DNA from: Acutalibacteraceae bacterium
Lineage (GTDB): Bacteria; Bacillota; Clostridia; Oscillospirales; Acutalibacteraceae
Reading direction: 5' to 3'
NCBI GenBank assembly: GCA_051880555.1
Contig: JBJEOE010000022.1
Coordinates: forward strand, 10,784 to 74,783
DNA: 64,000 bases
Shown here: piece after piece, positions 25,890-33,334 of the stretch
How the letters are laid out: the number at the start of each line of letters is the position of its first letter
How positions within the stretch are numbered: position 1 is the first letter of the stretch
The notes under the pieces: generated by a model
What the model saw: only the letters and a program-made list of their open reading frames with translations
Told to the model about the DNA's origin: nothing
Databases searched by the model: none
Translations under genes and position numbers: made by a program

Positions 25890-27547
25890 TTGCCGTCGCC
25901 TCCCTCTGAAAGAAGCAAAGTAACGGTAACATCCTCATCCTGAATGTCCCATTCAAACGTTCCGCAAGGAATAGACAACTCTGACAATGTATGCTCGGCA
26001 ATATCTTGACTACAGCCTATCTGCAACCGCATTTTTATGAAGCCGTCTTTGCAGTCAAGATGTATCAGCATAGCGGTGGCATCGTCAAGCAGTCTTTCGA
26101 CGATATTTTCATAAAAATCGAAAGCAACGACTGCGTGTTCCAATTTGAGTGTACCGTCGCATTTGCTGTCAAATGATGTGAAAACATCCCCAAGCCGCAA
26201 ATTGTCAAGGGACTCTCTGATACAGTATTCAAGTTCTATCGCAGGTATGATATTGCCTTCCTCTCCCAGCATCAGGAGATTGCCACGCCTTTTGATATAC
26301 GCACAAATCACGGATACCTTTGCAATCGCTCTTTTTGTTTGCTCCGGATCGGTCTGGGCAAGCTTCAATAGTTCCTCTGCTTTTGCAAGCTGAACGGCGA
26401 CTTCCTTGGCAATCCGGTCATACAAACGGCTCTTTTCCTGCGTCCGAGCACGGTTTTCCTTCAGCTCCAGCTCGGCTTTCAGCAATTCGTTGCTTTCTCC
26501 GAGCCTTTCCTGCGTATCACGGAGTTCTTCTATCAGGTCGTTAATCTGTTTTACATCGTCCTGCCAAAGAACATGACCGCCGGTAATTGCTTTGCTGTGC
26601 AGTATGGTATCTCCCAAGTCAACCGGTTCGGCTTCGGCACTTCTCATTACATCCTCGGTCAGTGGTGCCAATGTGCCTGAAACCATACAGGGCTGATAAT
26701 CGACATCAACAATCTGTGCAGATACCGTTGAATTTCGGAACAGTTCGTAATAATTTGTATTAGACGGGATAAGACCGCTTTGGATTGCGCTTTCCAAAAG
26801 GGCAATAATCATTATGCAGTCAATCGCCGCCAAATCACCGCCAACTATATGCATACAATACATAATCCAAAAGATTATGGAAATAACCAAAATGACTGCG
26901 GGGAGCTTTTGAAAGCTCTTGCTTCCGGGTACACGGCTCTTTTTAATCAGCATTACCACGAAATATATGCCCAAGAGGATAAACCACGCCATCGTAATAT
27001 AATACAGAATATAGTATATGCAATCCGACTCGCAGTTTTCAAGTCCATTCGGGAATGAAAAAACAAGCTGATGAAGATCGTTTGTAAAAACCGCTGTTAC
27101 AAGAAATGTCGCAGGTATGTACATATATTTTAAGCTATTTGGTGTTTTATAGTTTTCCGCTTTACCGATATGGTCAATAATGAACACACCCAAAAGAGGG
27201 ACAAACACCATCGGAATATAATAGGAATACCACAGGTAACGCCCTAAATGTGTTCCGTTTTGGGCAATAAACTCCCATTTGCAGGTTCTCAAAATAAGCC
27301 AAAATGCCAGCAGTATTCCCACTGCAATGAGATAATGGCGCACCTGTATATTGATAATTCTTGTTCTGAAAGACGAACACCACGCAATGACAAGGGAAAT
27401 TTGAATAACGCTTCGGGTCATAACCAAAAGCATTTTAAGAATAGGGTTATCAACTTCAGTATGGAACGCCCGGGAATAATATGCGATTACAAGCAAAATA
27501 GCGACACCAATTGTGTATAATATCGTCTTTTTGTTCGTTTTTTCCAT
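25886..27547 (-). CDS. Polytopic membrane sensor with degenerate histidine-kinase-like C-terminus (pseudo-kinase)
   Basis: GAGGTG lies 6 nt upstream of the ATG at 27547. It has about 7-8 TM helices. The dimerisation-like helix reads EKSRLYDRIAKEV, with Tyr where the phospho-His of HisKA_3 is expected. No N or G boxes were seen. Overlaps the kinase gene by 4 nt. Confidence 0.65.
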   Translation of the reverse strand: MEKTNKKTILYTIGVAILLVIAYYSRAFHTEVDNPILKMLLVMTRSVIQISLVIAWCSSFRTRIINIQVRHYLIAVGILLAFWLILRTCKWEFIAQNGTHLGRYLWYSYYIPMVFVPLLGVFIIDHIGKAENYKTPNSLKYMYIPATFLVTAVFTNDLHQLVFSFPNGLENCESDCIYYILYYITMAWFILLGIYFVVMLIKKSRVPGSKSFQKLPAVILVISIIFWIMYCMHIVGGDLAAIDCIMIIALLESAIQSGLIPSNTNYYELFRNSTVSAQIVDVDYQPCMVSGTLAPLTEDVMRSAEAEPVDLGDTILHSKAITGGHVLWQDDVKQINDLIEELRDTQERLGESNELLKAELELKENRARTQEKSRLYDRIAKEVAVQLAKAEELLKLAQTDPEQTKRAIAKVSVICAYIKRRGNLLMLGEEGNIIPAIELEYCIRESLDNLRLGDVFTSFDSKCDGTLKLEHAVVAFDFYENIVERLLDDATAMLIHLDCKDGFIKMRLQIGCSQDIAEHTLSELSIPCGTFEWDIQDEDVTVTLLLSEGGDGK

Positions 27548-27792
27548 CGCGTTCACCTCGCTTTTTCTTAAAAATGTACTGCATTTCCGCACAAATTCCG
27601 TACGGATACAAAAACCTATTTTGTATTATATCATATTTTCCGACAAATTTCAATCCGTCCCTTGTATTGGTGATCTTCAATCGCAAAATGTTGTCATCCC
27701 ACCTGCTAAGTTGATAATCTGTTTATTCTGTTTTTTTGCGTACAGGACTGTCTGATATGCTCCTCCACTTTTACGTTCAATATATCACAACA

Positions 27793-28040
27793 CTAAATCG
27801 GCTCTGTCAACCATCTCACGATTGCGAATCTGCATTGCGGCTTTGAAATGCGCCGCCGAGGAACTTTGGCATATCTCCACTTCGTCGTAATACTCTTGAA
27901 AAGCTCCTTCATTCTTTTCATACTCAGCCGACAGATATGGACTCCCAGTGCATTTAGAGTTGCCAGTGCACCCATAGTTTTGTAGGTCAGTGTTTTGACG
28001 TGCTGCTAGTGCAATGAGTCCTGTCAGTGCATAAAAAAAG
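27793..28040 (-). pseudogene. Possible remnant of a SLOG/DUF1273 (YpsA/YoqJ-like) gene
   Basis: Start-less open frame ...ALTGLIALAARQNTDLQNYGCTGNSKCTGSPYLSAEYEKNEGAFQEYYDEVEICQSSSAAHFKAAMQIRNREMVDRADLVL*. The ...M-x-x-RN-x-x-MVD-x-x-D-L-V tail resembles that family from memory only. Confidence 0.3.
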
Positions 28041-28170
28041 ACCCTGCGTACCTAAAAGGTACACAAGGTCTTTTTTCTCATTATTCTCTTGTTTTTTCTT
28101 TTTTCTCTCACGCTAAAAAAGTTTGTCCTTTTTTGGCGGGTTGAGATTAAAAAGGGTTATACAAGAACAA
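27945..28170. repeat. Direct repeat R1 (226 bp), near-identical to R2
   Basis: Matches 30250-30484 base for base, apart from one ~9-bp indel (cccatag/ttttgtagg vs cccaaaagttctgcagttttgtcgg) and a few substitutions. Confidence 0.9.
28033..28076. terminator. Bidirectional terminator-like hairpin inside R1
   Basis: A7 - gaccctgcgtacc - taaaa - ggtacacaaggtc - T6. Confidence 0.55.
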
Positions 28171-28174
28171 TAAC

Positions 28175-28343
28175 TGTTACAGGACAAACCTTTTTAGCGT
28201 CAAAGGGACAAATTTTTTTATCCTCGTTTTTCTCTTTTTTCTCTCGTTTTGACCCGCCCTTTTTCTTTCTCTTTTTCTCCAATTTTCTCTCCGTTTTTCT
28301 CATCATTGGGTCAAGCCTAATGAGAATTGCGGAGTGCAATTTA
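28175..28343. repeat. Repeat S1 (169 bp), about 85% identical to S2, with a long polypyrimidine tract
   Basis: tgttacaggacaaacctttttagcgtcaaagggacaaattttttta...gacccgcccttttt...gcggagtgcaattt aligns with 29828-29994. Confidence 0.85.
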
Positions 28344-28991
28344 TGAATTACTGCGTTTTTTAGAATCTTCTTTATTGTATAATGTGTATTGAGATAATTC
28401 AAGATTAGTGGTATCTATATCAGTGTCATAATAAGTTTCACTATAAACAAATATTATATCATCAATATATTTTAGTGCTTTTCTATGGCACATAAGAGAT
28501 GATATAGTGGGGCGTGGGTCTTTTTTGCGTTCTATGTACCTTTTAACAGACATTTCTGCGATAATCAATATATGGTTTTTCTTTGCAATTTCTTGTAGCA
28601 TTTTTACGATTTTTGTGTTGATTTTTTTAATGGGCTCTGATATAGCGTTAATAAATATAACATTTGGCTTTTTGTGTATTATAATATCTTGAATAAATTC
28701 TTCCCAACCAATCTCATTATATAACAATGCAACGTCTTCTATAACAAAAGAAATATTGGGACAAATTTTTATCGCTTTTTGTAATTCAGAAGGGCGAAAA
28801 GTTGTTTTGCCGTTTAAATAATTTGCATACGGATATGCTTTTTTGCCGTCAGTCATTAGCAGTAAACATTTTTTGTTTTTTTCTTGGAAGACCTTTGCCA
28901 TATTCATAGCTACATTTGATTTCCCCATTGCGGGGCGTCCCGCAACAAAAACCAACCCACTGTCAGGTAAATTAAAATTTAAAACTTCCAT
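28341..28991 (-). CDS. Stand-alone DnaB-family C-terminal (RecA-like) ATPase domain protein
   Basis: 216 aa. VFVAGRPAMGKSNVAMNMA compares with DnaB ARPSMGKT, and ILIIAEMSVKRYIERKKDPRPTISSL...IDDIIFVYSETYY with DnaB LSQLNR..RADKRP..SDL...AD.I.F.YRD..Y. No N-terminal DnaB domain. Very AT-rich codon usage. Confidence 0.7.
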   Translation of the reverse strand: MEVLNFNLPDSGLVFVAGRPAMGKSNVAMNMAKVFQEKNKKCLLLMTDGKKAYPYANYLNGKTTFRPSELQKAIKICPNISFVIEDVALLYNEIGWEEFIQDIIIHKKPNVIFINAISEPIKKINTKIVKMLQEIAKKNHILIIAEMSVKRYIERKKDPRPTISSLMCHRKALKYIDDIIFVYSETYYDTDIDTTNLELSQYTLYNKEDSKKRSNS

Positions 28992-29009
28992 ATTTTTCTC
29001 CTATAATCT

Positions 29010-29609
29010 TTAATTTTCTATTCTGCATTTTAAAATAATATCTTCAGACTCATAAATTTGTTTTTTCACCAACTCAAAATCAAAAGGTCTATTTGATTTT
29101 GGCTTAATTTTTCTATCTTCCCATTTTAAAATTCGACAAACGTAAATATTACTAAGTACTTTTTCAACACTTTGATAAGATAATTCTTCCAAATTTATTA
29201 AGTTTTCAATTATTATTCTTATTGGAATAATATGTTCATCATGAAATATATCTCTAAAAATAAAATTTTGTCCTTTTATTATTTCTGCCTTGGTTGCTGT
29301 TTTTTCATTATTTTTATATTTTTCTACACATATAGGAACTTCAGATGTACATGTAATCGAATCTCTATAAACAAAATCCCAAATATTTTCATTTGATAAT
29401 TCTTTCCACTTGTTTTCGGCGGCAACTGAAATATAATAATGGTCTTCAGGTATATTATATTGGCGCACGATTTGTCCTAATAAATATCCTGCCGCTTTTA
29501 TCTTGTATTCTTTTCCATTAATAATAGATACTACTTCTTTTTCCTTTTTTGCACTTTTAACCGCTTTTACAAATTCTATTATTATATCTAAAACTACATT
29601 ATTTCCCAT
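29010..29609 (-). CDS. Hypothetical protein with possible His-Me finger (HNH/DUF1524-like) motif
   Basis: 199-aa AT-rich ORF 18 nt upstream of the ATPase gene. The motif is FHDEHIIPIRIIIENL...NIYVCRILKWEDRKIK. The fold assignment is unverified. Confidence 0.5.
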   Translation of the reverse strand: MGNNVVLDIIIEFVKAVKSAKKEKEVVSIINGKEYKIKAAGYLLGQIVRQYNIPEDHYYISVAAENKWKELSNENIWDFVYRDSITCTSEVPICVEKYKNNEKTATKAEIIKGQNFIFRDIFHDEHIIPIRIIIENLINLEELSYQSVEKVLSNIYVCRILKWEDRKIKPKSNRPFDFELVKKQIYESEDIILKCRIEN

Positions 29610-29827
29610 GAAAATCCCTCACATAAATTTATTTGTTTTTTACATAATAACACAATTGGTGTCTAATTAAAAGGACTTTGCAAAGAAAAATCCACCCGAA
29701 GAAATTCGGGCGGATAATTTTAGTTTTTGTAGGGAATAAAAGTGGTTTTATTTTAGGTGTCCACGCTAAAAAGTTTTGTCCTTTTTAAGTATTTTCACGC
29801 TAAAACACTTTGTCCCATAACAAAACA

Positions 29828-29994
29828 TGTTACAGGACAAACCTTTTTAGCGTCAAAGGGACAAATTTTTTTATCCTCATTCCATCCAATTTTTTCCTAT
29901 TTTGACCCGCCCTTTTTCTTCCTCTTTTTCTCCAACTCTTTCTCCGTTTTTCTCATCAGCGGGTCAACTTTCATGAGACTTGCGGAGTGCAATT
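29828..29994. repeat. Repeat S2 (167 bp), paralogue of S1
   Basis: See S1. It is preceded at 29763-29815 by two more copies of the ACGCTAAAA..TTTGTCC motif. Confidence 0.85.
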
Positions 29995-30249
29995 TGGAAA
30001 TTAAGAGGCTCCTTTTTTATCCCGTTTTTTCACCCTCCGTCCGAGACAAAGGGAATTAAAAGGAAAGAAAGGGTTAACAAAGATAAAGTTAGAAAGAAAT
30101 GGAATTACGCTGATGTTAGCGTAGCTTTCTCAGCGCAAAAATGCCCATTTTATGCGGTTTCATTGAGGTTTGCCAGTGCATTAGCAAAGGTTAACGTGCA
30201 ACAGGAAAAAGAAGATAAAGAAGGAAAGAAAAGGATTTCTTATGGATTT

Positions 30250-30484
30250 CCAGTGCATTTAGAGTTGCCAGTGCACCCAAAAGTTCTGCAGTTTTGTCGG
30301 TCAGTGTTTTGACGTGCTGCTAGTGCAATGAGTCCTGTCAGTGCATAAAAAAAGACCCTGCGTACCTAAAAGGTACACAAGGTCTTTTTTCTCATTATTC
30401 TCTTGTTTTTTCTTTTTTCTCTCACGCTAAAAAAGTTTGTCCTTTTTTGGCGGGTTGAGATTAAAAAGGGTTATACAAGAACAA
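30250..30484. repeat. Direct repeat R2 (235 bp), ends 5 nt from the ppdK stop
   Basis: Near-identical to 27945-28170. Confidence 0.9.
30347..30390. terminator. Probable ppdK terminator (bidirectional hairpin) inside R2
   Basis: Same hairpin as 28033-28076, about 100 nt downstream of the ppdK stop. The minus strand has a T7 run after the stem. Confidence 0.6.
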
Positions 30485-30489
30485 AACAA

Positions 30490-33126
30490 TTATTTGTTTC
30501 CCTGTTCTTTAATAGCAGCCTGTGCAGCGGCAAGGCGTGCAATCGGAACGCGGAAGGGTGAGCAGGATACGTAGTCAAGACCGATCTTATGGCAGAACTC
30601 AACCGAAACGGGGTCGCCGCCGTGCTCGCCGCAGATGCCGCAGTGCATTTCGGGACGTACCTTCTTACCAAGCGAAACAGCCATCTCCATAAGCTTGCCT
30701 ACGCCGTTCTGGTCGAGCTTAGCAAACGGATCGTTCTCGTAAATCTTGTTATCGTAGTAAGCGCCGAGGAACTTGCCCGCGTCGTCACGGCTGAAGCCGA
30801 AGGTCATCTGGGTAAGGTCGTTGGTGCCGAAGCAGAAGAACTCAGCTTCCTTGGCAATTTCGTCAGCGGTGAGGCAGGCTCTCGGGATTTCCATCATAGT
30901 GCCTACTTCATACTTAAGTTCAACACCGGCAGCCGCGATTTCAGCGTCAGCGGTAGCAACAACGATGTCCTTAACGAACTTCATTTCCTTAACTTCACCG
31001 GTCAAGGGAATCATAATCTCGGGAACGATATTCCAATCGGGATGATTTTTCTTAACATTGATAGCCGCACGGATAACGGCAGAGGTCTGCATCTTAGCGA
31101 TTTCAGGATAGGTAACCGCAAGACGGCAGCCGCGGTGACCCATCATCGGGTTGAACTCGTGAAGACCTGTAATGATATTCTTGATAGCCTCAACCGACTT
31201 GCCCTGTGCCTTAGCGAGAGCCTCAATATCGGCTTCCTCGGTAGGAACAAACTCGTGAAGCGGAGGATCGAGGAAACGAATGGTAACCGGGTTGCCCTCA
31301 AGCGCCTCGTAAAGCTTTTCAAAGTCGCCCTGCTGATAGGGAAGAATTTTAGCAAGAGCGGCTTCTCTCTCTTCAACTGTATCGGAGCAGATCATCTCGC
31401 GGAAAGCGGCGATTCTGTCAGCCTCGAAGAACATATGCTCGGTACGGCAAAGACCGATACCCTCAGCACCTAACTCGCGAGCCTTCTTAGCGTCGGCGGG
31501 AGTGTCGGCATTGGTGCGAACCTTCAGGGTTCTGAACTCGTCAGCCCAAGCCATAATTCTGCCGAACTCGCCTGCGATTTCAGCGTCAACGGTCGGGATG
31601 ATACCGTCATAAATATTACCTGTTGAACCGTCGATAGAGATATAGTCGCCCTCATGATAGGTCTTGCCTGCAAGGGTGAACTTCTTATTTTCTTCATCCA
31701 TAATGATGTCGCCGCAGCCGGATACGCAGCAGGTACCCATACCACGGGCAACAACGGCAGCGTGAGAGGTCATACCGCCGCGAACGGTAAGTATACCCTG
31801 AGAAGCCTTCATACCTGTAATATCCTCAGGAGAGGTCTCAAGACGAACGAGAACTACCTTTTCGCCGCGAGCGTTCCAAGTTTCAGCGTCTTCAGCGGTG
31901 AATACAACCTTACCGCAAGCGGCTCCGGGAGAAGCGCCCAAGCCCTTGCCTGCGGGTGTAGCCGCCTTAAGAGCCTTAGCGTCGAACTGCGGATGGAGAA
32001 GTGTATCAAGGTTACGGGGATCGATCATAGCAACGGCCTGCTTCTTATCGATCATACCTTCATCAACGAGGTCGCATGCAATCTTAAGCGCCGCCTTAGC
32101 GGTACGCTTACCGTTACGGGTCTGGAGCATATAAAGCTTGCCCGCCTGAACGGTGAATTCCATATCCTGCATATCACGGTAGTGATCCTCAAGGATAGCG
32201 CAAACCTCTTTGAACTGAGCGAAAGCCTCGGGGAACTTGTCCGCCATTTCGGCAATCGGCATAGGAGTACGAACACCTGCAACAACGTCCTCGCCCTGTG
32301 CATTGGTGAGGAACTCGCCCATAAGACCGCGCTCACCTGTAGCGGGGTCGCGGGTGAAGGCAACGCCTGTACCGCAATCGTCGCCCATATTACCGAACGC
32401 CATCATCTGTACGTTAACAGCGGTACCCCAAGAATAAGGAATATCGTTGTCGCGGCGGTAAACGTTAGCACGGGGGTTGTCCCAAGAACGGAAAACGGCT
32501 TCAACAGCGCCCATTAACTGCTCCTTAGGATCGGAGGGGAAGTCCTTGCCGATTTTGTTCTTGTATTCAGCCTTAAACTGACCTGCAAGCACCTTAAGGT
32601 CCTCAGCGGTGAGCTCGATATCCTGAGTAACGCCCTTCTCGGCCTTCATCTCGTCGATGAGCTGCTCAAAATACTTCTTGCCGACCTCCATAACAACGTC
32701 GGAATACATCTGAATAAATCTTCTGTAGCAGTCCCAAGCCCAGCGGGGGTTGCCTGATTTAGCGGACATAACCTCAACAACCTCTTCGTTAAGACCGAGG
32801 TTAAGAATGGTGTCCATCATACCGGGCATTGAAGCGCGGGCACCCGAACGAACCGAAACGAGAAGGGGATTTTCCTTATCACCGAACTTCATACCGGTGA
32901 TGCCTTCCATTTTGTCGATGTACTCCATAATCTGTGCCTGGATTTCATCGTTAATTTTTCTGCCGTCCTCGTAATACTGTGTGCAGGCCTCGGTGGTTAC
33001 GGTGAAGCCCTGCGGAACGGGAAGACCGATATTGGTCATTTCCGCGAGGTTAGCACCCTTACCGCCTAAAAGCTCGCGCATGTTTGCGTTGCCTTCGCTG
33101 AAAAGGTAGACGTACTTGTGACTCAT
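30490..33126 (-). CDS. ppdK: Pyruvate, phosphate dikinase
   Basis: 878 aa with MSHKYVYLFSEGNANMRELLGGKGANLAEM..., the phospho-His region GGMTSHAAVVARG, and a PEP-utilising C-terminal TIM-barrel motif. Confidence 0.95.
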   Translation of the reverse strand: MSHKYVYLFSEGNANMRELLGGKGANLAEMTNIGLPVPQGFTVTTEACTQYYEDGRKINDEIQAQIMEYIDKMEGITGMKFGDKENPLLVSVRSGARASMPGMMDTILNLGLNEEVVEVMSAKSGNPRWAWDCYRRFIQMYSDVVMEVGKKYFEQLIDEMKAEKGVTQDIELTAEDLKVLAGQFKAEYKNKIGKDFPSDPKEQLMGAVEAVFRSWDNPRANVYRRDNDIPYSWGTAVNVQMMAFGNMGDDCGTGVAFTRDPATGERGLMGEFLTNAQGEDVVAGVRTPMPIAEMADKFPEAFAQFKEVCAILEDHYRDMQDMEFTVQAGKLYMLQTRNGKRTAKAALKIACDLVDEGMIDKKQAVAMIDPRNLDTLLHPQFDAKALKAATPAGKGLGASPGAACGKVVFTAEDAETWNARGEKVVLVRLETSPEDITGMKASQGILTVRGGMTSHAAVVARGMGTCCVSGCGDIIMDEENKKFTLAGKTYHEGDYISIDGSTGNIYDGIIPTVDAEIAGEFGRIMAWADEFRTLKVRTNADTPADAKKARELGAEGIGLCRTEHMFFEADRIAAFREMICSDTVEEREAALAKILPYQQGDFEKLYEALEGNPVTIRFLDPPLHEFVPTEEADIEALAKAQGKSVEAIKNIITGLHEFNPMMGHRGCRLAVTYPEIAKMQTSAVIRAAINVKKNHPDWNIVPEIMIPLTGEVKEMKFVKDIVVATADAEIAAAGVELKYEVGTMMEIPRACLTADEIAKEAEFFCFGTNDLTQMTFGFSRDDAGKFLGAYYDNKIYENDPFAKLDQNGVGKLMEMAVSLGKKVRPEMHCGICGEHGGDPVSVEFCHKIGLDYVSCSPFRVPIARLAAAQAAIKEQGNK

Positions 33127-33334
33127 TGAGAATCAACCTCCTAATTTTTTTATGGATATTATCCAATTTTAACTTTTTAAGACATTACATTGCGTAACTA
33201 TCCAATTCATTATAACAATTTTTAATAGAAAAATAAAGGTTTTTTTTCAAAAAAAGCATTATTTTTTTTAATTCTAATATTCAGCATTAAATTAAACAGT
33301 TTTGAAGCCGAATATTTATATAGAATAACAGTTT

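Noticed and set aside
28157-28402. 81-aa Lys/Glu-rich minus ORF, and the 100-110-aa plus ORFs at 29757-30312
   Set aside because: These are translations of the polypurine/polypyrimidine tracts of repeats S1/S2 and the unique spacer. They are low-complexity, lack an RBS, overlap the end of the ATPase gene out of frame, and are not conserved between the two S copies at the protein level.
27945-30484. Possible CRISPR array, because of the multiple repeats
   Set aside because: The repeat units are long (167-235 bp), few, and not regularly interspaced with unique spacers. There are no 25-40-nt direct repeats and no cas genes.
27600-30489. Complete prophage or ICE
   Set aside because: There is no integrase, recombinase, capsid, terminase, relaxase or T4SS gene. 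Only two small genes and remnants are present, so at most it is a satellite, mini-replicon or remnant.
30589-32517. 294-aa and 287-aa plus-strand ORFs
   Set aside because: They are antisense to ppdK, whose identity is unambiguous. These are long open shadow frames in a highly expressed, codon-biased gene.
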